From a virus (Duplodnaviria > Caudoviricetes), in IMG/VR virus record IMGVR_UViG_3300011989_000011, positions 1 to 64,000 of that record: a stretch of DNA of 64,000 nucleotides; one strand, 5' to 3'. Both the position numbers and the translations under genes were made by a program. A model generated the notes under the pieces. The model saw only the letters and a program-made list of their open reading frames with translations, made no database searches and was not told where the DNA came from. Of this stretch, positions 18,571 through 26,768 are shown piece by piece (position 1 is the stretch's first letter; each line of letters opens with the position of its first letter).

Positions 18571-18846
18571 ATTACCAAAAGTTCCATTGACATCATCCCC
18601 TACCATAAGACCGTCTCGGGTAAGATGCGTTTCAACTGCGATGTGTTGGTAGGAAAGATTGACCCCGGCTACAAAGGTAGCGTGAAAGTGATATTGAAGA
18701 ATGATGATGTTCAGTTCACTATTCCCGAAGGTACGAAGATTGCACAAATGACGTTCTACAGAACACTGCAACCGAAATTCATCCCAGTTGACGAGTTAAC
18801 GGGTTATGATCGTGGCGGTGGATTAGGACATAGCGGAGCTAAGTGA
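18571..18846 (+). pseudogene. dut: 5'-truncated trimeric dUTPase
   Basis: Motifs III-V present (GKIDPGYKG, KIAQM, RGGGLGHSG); motifs I-II absent; in-frame TAG at 18568-18570. Confidence 0.75.
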
Positions 18847-18847
18847 T

Positions 18848-19120
18848 ATGGTTATGAATAATGAAGATAGATTTCTCAATAGTTTTGAGAATGAAATGCG
18901 CAAGATAATGCAGCAGCGGTTAACGACTCTCAATTCAGATCAGCTTGAAAAGTTGAAAAATATTTGGAGAGGATATGAGTATGAGGTTAGTGCAAAGAAT
19001 CTCAAAATCGAAAATGTCACTTTCAATGGAAAAACTGACGAATTGGAAAGCATTAAGATAAGAGACGGTAAAAAGGTTACACTATTTACCAAGGATGGTT
19101 CAAAATCATGGACGGAGTAA
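18848..19120 (+). CDS. Hypothetical protein
   Basis: 90-aa ORF. Confidence 0.55.
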   Translation: MVMNNEDRFLNSFENEMRKIMQQRLTTLNSDQLEKLKNIWRGYEYEVSAKNLKIENVTFNGKTDELESIKIRDGKKVTLFTKDGSKSWTE

Positions 19121-19509
19121 TTAGCGAGTTCGACCCAGTTATTTGGCCGAGGAAACTATTTGTTGTGGTTGGAGGGGATATAGATTTCCTCCAATCCAAC
19201 TTTTGTAAGAAGGATGGTACGGCTTATGCTATGGAGCAAGAAGACAAAGATACGAGCAATGCCGTTACCTTCCTTGAAGTGATGCGTTGTGATACGGGTG
19301 ATTTCGGAGAATTGATATGGCTCCACACCATTGAGAAAGCCACGTTACCCATCATAGCACATGAGTGTATGCACGCTTGTAATGCTATCCTTGCTGCATC
19401 GGATGTCAAGTTGGATTCTGACAACGATGAGACACAAGCCTACACCTATCAGTGGGTTTTCGAGCAGACCATTGTAGCTTTTGAGAAGTCAAAAGTTAGC
19501 CAAAGTTAA
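19108..19509 (+). CDS. Hypothetical protein with HExxH (possible zincin fold)
   Basis: IIAHECMHA..DETQAY. Confidence 0.6.
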   Translation: MDGVISEFDPVIWPRKLFVVVGGDIDFLQSNFCKKDGTAYAMEQEDKDTSNAVTFLEVMRCDTGDFGELIWLHTIEKATLPIIAHECMHACNAILAASDVKLDSDNDETQAYTYQWVFEQTIVAFEKSKVSQS

Positions 19510-19613
19510 ACTTTTGATTATCAGCAAATTAAATGCGATTTTGTTTGTTTATCTCAGAAAAAATGACTACCTTTACACTGTAATTAAGAAACATATAAAC
19601 ATTAAGAGCAATG
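19493..19613 (+). promoter_or_regulatory. Repeated promoter-leader cassette 2
   Basis: Same blocks as cassette 1; TGTAATTAAGAAAC at 19579-19592. Confidence 0.85.
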
Positions 19614-19847
19614 ACAGACGAAATCAAAAGACAAGTGATGATTGAAAGCCTTAGCGCTCTCAGTATCGAGGACTTCAAGAAGTATCTCGACTTCCACAAT
19701 GAAATGTACGGATTTAAGACCTTCAAGGAGGTGCTTGACTACGACATGGTTTGCTACCAAGGTATCGGTGATGAACTCGATCCCTCTCAGTTCCGCAAGA
19801 TGATGGACCATGACAACAAGGTATTAATCGAAGAATATTGTGATTAA
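19611..19847 (+). CDS. Small acidic hypothetical protein
   Basis: First gene after cassette 2. Confidence 0.65.
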   Translation: MTDEIKRQVMIESLSALSIEDFKKYLDFHNEMYGFKTFKEVLDYDMVCYQGIGDELDPSQFRKMMDHDNKVLIEEYCD

Positions 19848-19850
19848 GCT

Positions 19851-20087
19851 ATGGGAAAGCAAGAGAAGGTAAGAGCGATTATCAGCGTATTCATGGGAAT
19901 GGATTATTCCACCCTTGACAAGTTCGAAGACTACTACGCTTCGGAGTATTTCTGCACAACACTGCAGGATATCGTGAACATCGAATACGAAAAGTTGGAA
20001 GGTGAGAGCTTGGATGATATGCCCTCTCAATACCACGATAGAGTTTTGGCATATCACGATCAGATTCTTGAAGATTGGTTAGGCTAA
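19851..20087 (+). CDS. Small acidic hypothetical protein
   Basis: 78-aa ORF in the array. Confidence 0.65.
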   Translation: MGKQEKVRAIISVFMGMDYSTLDKFEDYYASEYFCTTLQDIVNIEYEKLEGESLDDMPSQYHDRVLAYHDQILEDWLG

Positions 20088-20377
20088 TGGAAGATTTGAA
20101 CATCATCGAGAAGCAAGCCTACGATAAGGTGTACAACACCGCAATGGCTGATATTGAGAAGGGTTTCTTTCTTAATATCAATGCTTGCAAGGCTAACGTG
20201 AGGAAGATTAATCAGAGCATGAGAGCTTTGGAAAACGGAGCAGTGTTCGCTTCAAGTCTGGAGGAGGTTAACAAGGTTAATACCCTCCTTGCTGAGAAGC
20301 GTGGCAGACTGAACGCTTACAAGGCACTCATTAAGTGGCACGATGAAAAAGTTAAGGCTTATGAGACTGACCGATAA
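20087..20377 (+). CDS. Hypothetical protein
   Basis: TAATG overlap with the previous gene. Confidence 0.6.
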   Translation: MEDLNIIEKQAYDKVYNTAMADIEKGFFLNINACKANVRKINQSMRALENGAVFASSLEEVNKVNTLLAEKRGRLNAYKALIKWHDEKVKAYETDR

Positions 20378-20648
20378 AGACTACGAGACCCTTGCCTACC
20401 AAGTAGAGGAAGGTGAGGATTTCGCTACCCTCGAAAAGGATGGTGAGGAATTGGAGATACGATACGAATGTGAGGAAGATTCCTATCAAGAGAATGATTA
20501 TCTGAATGGCACCGGAGCATGGGTGACAACGGCAGTAAATCTACGGGTTCTGAATGTCAGTTGCACCAATGAGGATGGCGATGAAGTTGATAACGATTTC
20601 GATGAATGGAAGCTCTATCAAGAGGTAAGAGCGCAGAAGGTAGATTAA
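20343..20648 (+). CDS. Acidic hypothetical protein
   Basis: 101-aa ORF. Confidence 0.6.
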   Translation: MKKLRLMRLTDKDYETLAYQVEEGEDFATLEKDGEELEIRYECEEDSYQENDYLNGTGAWVTTAVNLRVLNVSCTNEDGDEVDNDFDEWKLYQEVRAQKVD

Positions 20649-20660
20649 AAGTTAAGAGCA

Positions 20661-21320
20661 ATGGATATAGTACAAGAAGAAAGAGCAGATGTAAGAGCCG
20701 AAAGCAAAGGCTTCGAGAGTCTTACGACTGTAGAGTTGATTAGTCTCATCTTAGGTGGCAGTAGCTCCACTCTGATGGATCAGTCACGGCAGATTTTGAA
20801 GTTAGTGGATTGTAAGCTACCTAAACTCAGAAACGTCAGTGAGAAAGAACTAACTGCAATCAATGGTGTGGGTAGTTGCAAGGCAAAGGCACTCCTTGCA
20901 GCATTAGAGTTAGGCAAGCGTGTTTCATGTTCCAAGCATGAGACGGATAGCATTGATTCATCGTCAGCAGTGTATAACTATCTCCACCCTCGTATGCAAT
21001 TCTTAGACACGGAGGAGTTTTGGATATTGCTGATGAACAATAGCTTCAAGTTGCTGAAAGCCGAGCGCATAGGACAGGGCGGTCTGACTGATACCCCTGC
21101 TGATATTAGAATCATGATGCGTGAAGCGGTTCTGAATAACGCTACGGTAATGGCAGTAGCCCACAATCATCCTTCGGGAACGCTCAGACCGAGCATGCAA
21201 GATGATAGGCTCACCAACCATATCAAGAAAGCGTGTGAGATAATGCGTGTACATTTCTTGGACCACGTGATAGTAACAGACGGAGGATATTATTCATATA
21301 GAGACGAAGACAGACTATGA
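20661..21320 (+). CDS. radC: RadC-family JAB-domain protein
   Basis: HhH (AINGVGSCKA) plus EEFWILL..AHNHPSG..PS..D..LT..LDHVIV. Confidence 0.92.
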   Translation: MDIVQEERADVRAESKGFESLTTVELISLILGGSSSTLMDQSRQILKLVDCKLPKLRNVSEKELTAINGVGSCKAKALLAALELGKRVSCSKHETDSIDSSSAVYNYLHPRMQFLDTEEFWILLMNNSFKLLKAERIGQGGLTDTPADIRIMMREAVLNNATVMAVAHNHPSGTLRPSMQDDRLTNHIKKACEIMRVHFLDHVIVTDGGYYSYRDEDRL

Positions 21321-21484
21321 AGTATTGCGTAACAATCACAGAGCATCTTACTCGCAATGTCACGGTAGATGCTAACTCGGAGAAAGAGGCAAAGGAAGAA
21401 GTGGTAAAACGTTGGGCCGGATCAGAGGTTGTTCTTACGGCTGATGATTTCACGGACGTTGAGTTTGCTATCAGCCATGAATAA
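21317..21484 (+). CDS. DpnD/PcfM-like small protein (55 aa, not in the ORF track)
   Basis: MKYCVTITEHLTRNVTVDANSEKEAKEEV..VVLTADDFTDVEF. Confidence 0.7.
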   Translation: MKYCVTITEHLTRNVTVDANSEKEAKEEVVKRWAGSEVVLTADDFTDVEFAISHE

Positions 21485-21710
21485 GACAGAGCAGGTTATC
21501 CGTTATGTCCGGCAGAAACGATGGAAGGAAGCCTTGGCAATAGCTAAGGCTTTCCGAATGGGTTTCAAGGCAAGCGAGAAACGTTCCATTGAGATAGCAA
21601 GCGATTGCATGAATGGTTCGTCTGACTTTTATCGGCAGATAGGCATCAACCCTCACTTAGAGATTGAGAAAGCAAAAGCGATATTGACGGAAATGTATGG
21701 CAAAAGTTAA
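21477..21710 (+). CDS. Hypothetical protein
   Basis: MNKTEQVIRYVRQKRWKEALAIAK; ATG at 21477. Confidence 0.6.
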   Translation: MNKTEQVIRYVRQKRWKEALAIAKAFRMGFKASEKRSIEIASDCMNGSSDFYRQIGINPHLEIEKAKAILTEMYGKS

Positions 21711-21815
21711 TTAATTGGAAATCAAGAAATTAACGAGGTAAATATTTGGTCAATCCGTAAAAAATGACTACCTTTACAATGTAATTAAGAAACATATTAA
21801 ACTTTAAGAGCAATG
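21703..21815 (+). promoter_or_regulatory. Repeated promoter-leader cassette 3
   Basis: TGTAATTAAGAAAC at 21780-21793; ttaagagcaATG. Confidence 0.85.
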
Positions 21816-22253
21816 GAAAAGCGGACTGAAATTAAGACATTACAGAGCCTCAAAGGTGACACCTATTTCGCAGATACCTTTTCGGCATCCACAATCGACA
21901 AGATGTGCGAGAATATCAAGAACGATTTCCCGATTCTTCTGAACACCGAGTATGAGTCTAAGCAGAACAAGAAGGTCGAAATGCTTGAAAAGCAGGTCCA
22001 CGACCTCAAGCAGAAACTCGAAGATCAGAAAGCAGACTACGAAGGTCAGCTTGACCGAATGAACAGCACCGCCATTCAGCACATGAACGAGTTCGGCGAG
22101 AAGATAGTCTCTTTCATGGGCGATGTTAATGAACCCTTCTACGATGTAGTCGAGGAGGAGTTCGGAATCGCTTTCATAATCAAGGCGAAGCACAAGAACA
22201 ACATCCTTCTCACAGAGGATGAGATCGACTACTTAGTCAAGAACTTGAAATAA
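21813..22253 (+). CDS. Hypothetical coiled-coil protein
   Basis: First gene after cassette 3. Confidence 0.65.
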   Translation: MEKRTEIKTLQSLKGDTYFADTFSASTIDKMCENIKNDFPILLNTEYESKQNKKVEMLEKQVHDLKQKLEDQKADYEGQLDRMNSTAIQHMNEFGEKIVSFMGDVNEPFYDVVEEEFGIAFIIKAKHKNNILLTEDEIDYLVKNLK

Positions 22254-22297
22254 AGGTAACGGGCGAGCCAACCACTCGCCCACAAAGAATAAGTTTT

Positions 22298-22549
22298 ATG
22301 TGGAATACGAAAATGAGTGATGGAGTTCTGTACACACACGATGTTACAGACGAGGTTGTAAAGAAGATTCACGAGCAGATGGATGTCAATAAGGTTGCTA
22401 TCGTCTACAACACCCACGAGACGTTTTACGGGTGGGATTTCGAGAACGACCTTCACAGAGCACTCAAAGACGATGGCTACGACATCAAGTGCGTGGAGTT
22501 GGATTGCAAAGAGGGCTTCCCCAAGAAGTTCGTGATAACAAAGAAGTAA
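22298..22549 (+). CDS. Hypothetical protein
   Basis: Flanked by covarying hairpins. Confidence 0.6.
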   Translation: MWNTKMSDGVLYTHDVTDEVVKKIHEQMDVNKVAIVYNTHETFYGWDFENDLHRALKDDGYDIKCVELDCKEGFPKKFVITKK

Positions 22550-22591
22550 AAGGTAACGGAGGGCTAACCACCCTCCCTAAAGATAAGAGCA

Positions 22592-23437
22592 ATGGAAAAG
22601 ATAGATTTAGCATCAGTCGAGAAGAAGTCATTCGAATTGGCTACTGAGAAGATCAGCAAGACGGAGGATATGACTATAGACAAAGCCAAGAGGCACATCG
22701 AGATTATGGAGTTATCAATGGGCGATAACGATGCCTACGATGCGGTTGCCAAGGGTAACATCAGAGCCTACCAGTTATTCATCACCGAGCAAGAGCCAAA
22801 GATAGAGCAGCAGAAAGAGGAGGCCCGTAAGAAGCAGCCGGTCTACTACATCGCCAATGGTGGTGGCTGCGATTGCTTTGACTACTACGGGTGGGATACA
22901 GAGGTCAAAGAGCTTCGTACCGCTTTCGTTGATTGGGATAGCGGTAGAGGTGCAGAAATGATGCCGGATTGGGATAATAACGACATCTGCAATATGCCTA
23001 AGAGTTGCGAGAAAGACTTCAAGGAGTTCTGCGCCAAATATTTCTCAGAGAAGTACGGAGCCGTTGCAGGCTTCTTCGATGATTATAAAGGTAAGATGAA
23101 AGTTCCTTGCAGAGTAACCACTGGCCGTAAGTTCAAAGGAGAAGGCATCCTCACTCACTTCACTGAGAAGAAGTATAGAGATTATAGCGGTTATCTCCAT
23201 ATCTCCACTACTGCCCACATCGTAGACGACTACGGAGTAGAGCAGACTGCGGTAGCCACAAGGGTGGAGATTTCCCATGACGTTCAGCAGCGAGTTATCC
23301 GTAAGGGCATCATGAATATGTCACTTGCTGATCTGAAGGATTTGTTTTACGGAATCCTTTGGCACTTCGGGAGATACCAATCTGATACCTATCCCAAGAT
23401 TATCAAGGCGGCATTCAAGGACTTAAATGAGGAATAA
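22592..23437 (+). CDS. Hypothetical protein
   Basis: 281-aa ORF starting at AAGAGCAATG. Confidence 0.7.
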   Translation: MEKIDLASVEKKSFELATEKISKTEDMTIDKAKRHIEIMELSMGDNDAYDAVAKGNIRAYQLFITEQEPKIEQQKEEARKKQPVYYIANGGGCDCFDYYGWDTEVKELRTAFVDWDSGRGAEMMPDWDNNDICNMPKSCEKDFKEFCAKYFSEKYGAVAGFFDDYKGKMKVPCRVTTGRKFKGEGILTHFTEKKYRDYSGYLHISTTAHIVDDYGVEQTAVATRVEISHDVQQRVIRKGIMNMSLADLKDLFYGILWHFGRYQSDTYPKIIKAAFKDLNEE

Positions 23438-23439
23438 GC

Positions 23440-23943
23440 ATGGAAAAAGTATTCATCTACGGGAACAAGAATAACCCCGAAGGAGTAAAGAAAGCGTTGG
23501 AAAGGCATGGAGTTGATTGCTCCACCCCTTTCCAAGAGAGTTTCAGAAAAGCGTTGGCTGACCCTCACACTATTCTCTTTAATGGTACTGACGCTTACGG
23601 CAAGCCCGGCCACGTAGGTTGGTATAAGGATGATAACCTTGCTTGCGTACCTATGGTATACCATGAAGAAGGTTGGATTCAGATTTTCCCAAGCAAGAAA
23701 GAGAAGTTCGTTGACCTCAATAGAATGTGGCGGCCAATGGGTTCGGAGCCTATCGACTTCACTGATGATAAGAAGATGGTGACGTTCATCCTTTGGGATG
23801 GCAATGAAGACTATCCGAAAGTGAGTGTGATGTATTGCAATAAGAGTGCGTTTCACCTGCTCTTTGTTCAAGGTCAATATCAGTATTGGGCTTATATGAA
23901 GGACTTCATTCCTCATAAGGCTGATTTAAGCAGTGGAATATGA
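23440..23943 (+). CDS. Hypothetical protein
   Basis: 167-aa ORF. Confidence 0.65.
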   Translation: MEKVFIYGNKNNPEGVKKALERHGVDCSTPFQESFRKALADPHTILFNGTDAYGKPGHVGWYKDDNLACVPMVYHEEGWIQIFPSKKEKFVDLNRMWRPMGSEPIDFTDDKKMVTFILWDGNEDYPKVSVMYCNKSAFHLLFVQGQYQYWAYMKDFIPHKADLSSGI

Positions 23944-24155
23944 GCGGATTTAGAACCTACCCTACTATCCTTACATTCGATAGTGGTGAATCATTAGAAG
24001 CCGAAATATCGGTACCTACAAAGGCTTACACGATGGATCAGTTGGAGAGGACTATCATCAATAAGATAAATACTAATACCCCCCCCACGTGTTCAAAGAT
24101 AACGAGAGTTAAAATTTTCAGAAACTACATCGAAGGTAGTTTGTTAAACAAGTAA
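23940..24155 (+). CDS. Hypothetical protein
   Basis: ATGA overlap with the upstream gene. Confidence 0.55.
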   Translation: MSGFRTYPTILTFDSGESLEAEISVPTKAYTMDQLERTIINKINTNTPPTCSKITRVKIFRNYIEGSLLNK

Positions 24156-24160
24156 TAGCC

Positions 24161-24397
24161 ATGAAGAAAGAAATGATTGAGTACGCAAAGCAATGGATAG
24201 AGCAAGGCAAGCCATGTTGCTACAGATATGGTTGGGGTTGGAAAGGTGCAAGCGCACGCCAACTCAGCAAGGAAGAAGCATTGAAGAAGTTACCTTCATA
24301 TAGCTTCGGAAAAGGTTTCTATAGCTTATCATTCATCAAGGTTAACGGAGTAGAGACCTTGGAGTTTAACGAGTTGTCGGAAAACGATATGTGGTAA
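24161..24397 (+). CDS. Hypothetical protein
   Basis: 78-aa ORF ending the array. Confidence 0.6.
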   Translation: MKKEMIEYAKQWIEQGKPCCYRYGWGWKGASARQLSKEEALKKLPSYSFGKGFYSLSFIKVNGVETLEFNELSENDMW

Positions 24398-24400
24398 CAG

Positions 24401-24472
24401 ATTAAGAAATGGAATCGTAGAAGAATTACCGCCGTGAGGCGTTCATTGCTCAGAGGAGCAGTTTCTTAATTA
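24401..24472 (+). ncRNA. Candidate structured RNA antisense to the cassette leaders
   Basis: ATTAAGAAA/TTTCTTAAT base stem, CGCC-GTGA-GGCG and TGCTC-AGAG-GAGCA hairpins; contains TTCATTGCTC..GTTTCTTAATTA. Confidence 0.4.
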
Positions 24473-24575
24473 GTTTGTGGGAAAAACATTCTGAGACGAA
24501 AAATATTTGTTAAAAGTGTTTGAGTTTCAAATGTTTTTCCCTATTTTTGTGGGCAGAAATTAGTGCGCACAATAT

Positions 24576-26027
24576 ATGAAAAAGTTAAGTGAGATATTAG
24601 ACCGTACCCGTCCTGTCGGAGAGATTATCTCTGATTTGGAGCAGAAGTCTACTAAGCCGTTTTCATGGAAGAAGTTCAAGAAGGATTATTATGCTGAGAA
24701 CCACCGCATAGCAGGTGACGAGTGGGGCAAGATAGACCACATCCATGAAGACGGTACGATAGACTTTGCAGCACGTCTTCCCTTACCTATTGAGCAGTTG
24801 CTTATCAATCACCTCAATGACTTCATGCACGCTAATCCCGTCAAGAGGGAATACTATGGCGTGGATGGCAATGAGACAAGGCAGCAGATAGTAACTGCAA
24901 TCGAGAGAATATACGAGGGTGCTGACATTGATATTGTCAACATGGAGCGTGGTTTGGCTTACTTCGCTTCGGGTGAAGTGCTTACCATTTGGTATGCAGT
25001 GAAGAAAGAGAATGACGATTATGGATTCCATTCTCAGTACAAGCTAAAGTGCAAGGTCTATTCTCCTATGGAGGATGATTGCGAGTTATACCCATTGATG
25101 GACGAGAACGGTGATCTGATAGCTTTGTCTTTCAAGTATAAGAAGCGTGTCAAGGATGCGGATGTCTACTACTTTGAGTGCTATACTGCCGACAAGCATT
25201 ACAAGTGGCACCAAGGCGATGTATCTCAGTGGACCGATGATATTTTCTACACCGATGGAGAGGGTAACACTACCTATGGCGATGATATCATCTTAGGTAA
25301 GATCCCCGGCATCTACGCTTACAAGAAAGACCCGTCTGTCGCTTATGGTACGAGCGAGCTCAGAAACGATATTGAGTATAAGACAGCCGGAGAAGCTGAT
25401 ACGGTAGCCTACAACTTTGCTCCTATCCTCGAAGTCAAGGGTGGCATCAAAGGCGATGAGAAGAAAGGCGAGACACGAAGGGTCATGAAGGTATCTGAGA
25501 ACGGAGGTATCAACTACGTGTCTTGGAATGGCTCTACCGATGCAGTCAAGAACCACTACGCTATCACGAAGGAGTTGATATTCATGATTAACCAAATGCC
25601 GGATATCTCCTTTGATAACATGAAGTCGTTGGGCAACATAGGTTACGATGCGAGGGTTATGATGTTCACCGATACCATCCTCAGAGTTAAGCGTGAGAGC
25701 AAGCCGTTGCTTCAAGCCTACAGACGAGAGGGAAACGTTATCAAGGCTTTCCTCAAACTGATGAACGTTGATTGGGCCTCGGAGATTGACAAGATTTGGA
25801 TTAAGCACTCAATAGACATCTACATCCCGAAGGATGAGAGCGCAGAGATTGACAAGCGTATGAAAGCCAACGGAGGTAAGCCTATCGAAAGTCAGCTTGA
25901 ATCCATCCAACGTTATGGTCGAAGCAAAGACCCACAAGCCACCCTCGATGCTATCAGAAAAGAACAAGAGGATTCGCTTGGAAACACGATTAACTCATTA
26001 CTCAGCAAGAGTCAAGAAAAAGAATAG
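24576..26027 (+). CDS. Portal protein (SPP1 gp6-like)
   Basis: 483 aa; ARLPLPIEQLL, PDISFDNMK.LG.., V.RESK..L..Y.RE.N pattern; precedes MuF. Confidence 0.85.
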   Translation: MKKLSEILDRTRPVGEIISDLEQKSTKPFSWKKFKKDYYAENHRIAGDEWGKIDHIHEDGTIDFAARLPLPIEQLLINHLNDFMHANPVKREYYGVDGNETRQQIVTAIERIYEGADIDIVNMERGLAYFASGEVLTIWYAVKKENDDYGFHSQYKLKCKVYSPMEDDCELYPLMDENGDLIALSFKYKKRVKDADVYYFECYTADKHYKWHQGDVSQWTDDIFYTDGEGNTTYGDDIILGKIPGIYAYKKDPSVAYGTSELRNDIEYKTAGEADTVAYNFAPILEVKGGIKGDEKKGETRRVMKVSENGGINYVSWNGSTDAVKNHYAITKELIFMINQMPDISFDNMKSLGNIGYDARVMMFTDTILRVKRESKPLLQAYRREGNVIKAFLKLMNVDWASEIDKIWIKHSIDIYIPKDESAEIDKRMKANGGKPIESQLESIQRYGRSKDPQATLDAIRKEQEDSLGNTINSLLSKSQEKE

Positions 26028-26030
26028 CTT

Positions 26031-26411
26031 ATGAAAGAGAAAGTAGCACACTGGCTTATCCGTTTAGCCGAATGGATCTGCCCCACTATCAACCCCGTTG
26101 CCGATGCGTGGGGCGTGCCTAAGAAATTAGGCTTATGCTACCATGTGGATAAGAAAGACATCAGAAAGTATCATAAGAAGCATCCCGAGTTCCATTCCTT
26201 TTCAGCAGCAAAGAGAGCGTTGATGAAGGAGTGTATGAGCAATATCGGTGCCACCATAGCAGGTACATTGGCTAACGAGCACCTCATCCATTACGAAACA
26301 AAGGTAGGCATGAACGATGCCACCATAAGCGGTTATATCGGTATCTATGTCAGCAAAAAGAAGGCTTCCAAAATCGACCAAAGGGCAGAAGCAGATAGGC
26401 AATCATATTGA
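26031..26411 (+). CDS. Hypothetical protein
   Basis: 126-aa ORF after the portal gene. Confidence 0.6.
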   Translation: MKEKVAHWLIRLAEWICPTINPVADAWGVPKKLGLCYHVDKKDIRKYHKKHPEFHSFSAAKRALMKECMSNIGATIAGTLANEHLIHYETKVGMNDATISGYIGIYVSKKKASKIDQRAEADRQSY

Positions 26412-26538
26412 TTGTAAGTATTCCTACGATCCGCACCACCCATCCCTACGTGGAGAGCCTACGCTTGTTAGGTGTAAGTTCAGAGAGTGGTGCGAGGTAG
26501 CGCACTCCCCCGGCTGCGAGAAATTCGAGTGGAAATGA
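26347..26538 (+). CDS. Small Cys-rich hypothetical protein
   Basis: CIDCKY-like HIDCKY..RCKF..GCEKF. Confidence 0.5.
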   Translation: MSAKRRLPKSTKGQKQIGNHIDCKYSYDPHHPSLRGEPTLVRCKFREWCEVAHSPGCEKFEWK

Positions 26539-26768
26539 AGCATTATCACGATAAGAGACCGAGACCCCATGCCTTGGCACCGAGAGAACATTATAGCAAG
26601 AAGAATGGTTCGTGGAAACCTAAGATGGCTTTCGAGAATGAGGCGAGCTGTCACAACTACATCGAACAACACTCATACTTCAAGAAGAATGGCTATGTAG
26701 GTTATCTGTGTTCGGTCTGCAATAAGTGGCACATAGGAAAGAAGATTGATCTGAATGGCAAGCCCTAA
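26535..26768 (+). CDS. Small Zn-finger protein
   Basis: YLCSVCNKWHIG; ATG at 26535. Confidence 0.65.
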   Translation: MKHYHDKRPRPHALAPREHYSKKNGSWKPKMAFENEASCHNYIEQHSYFKKNGYVGYLCSVCNKWHIGKKIDLNGKP

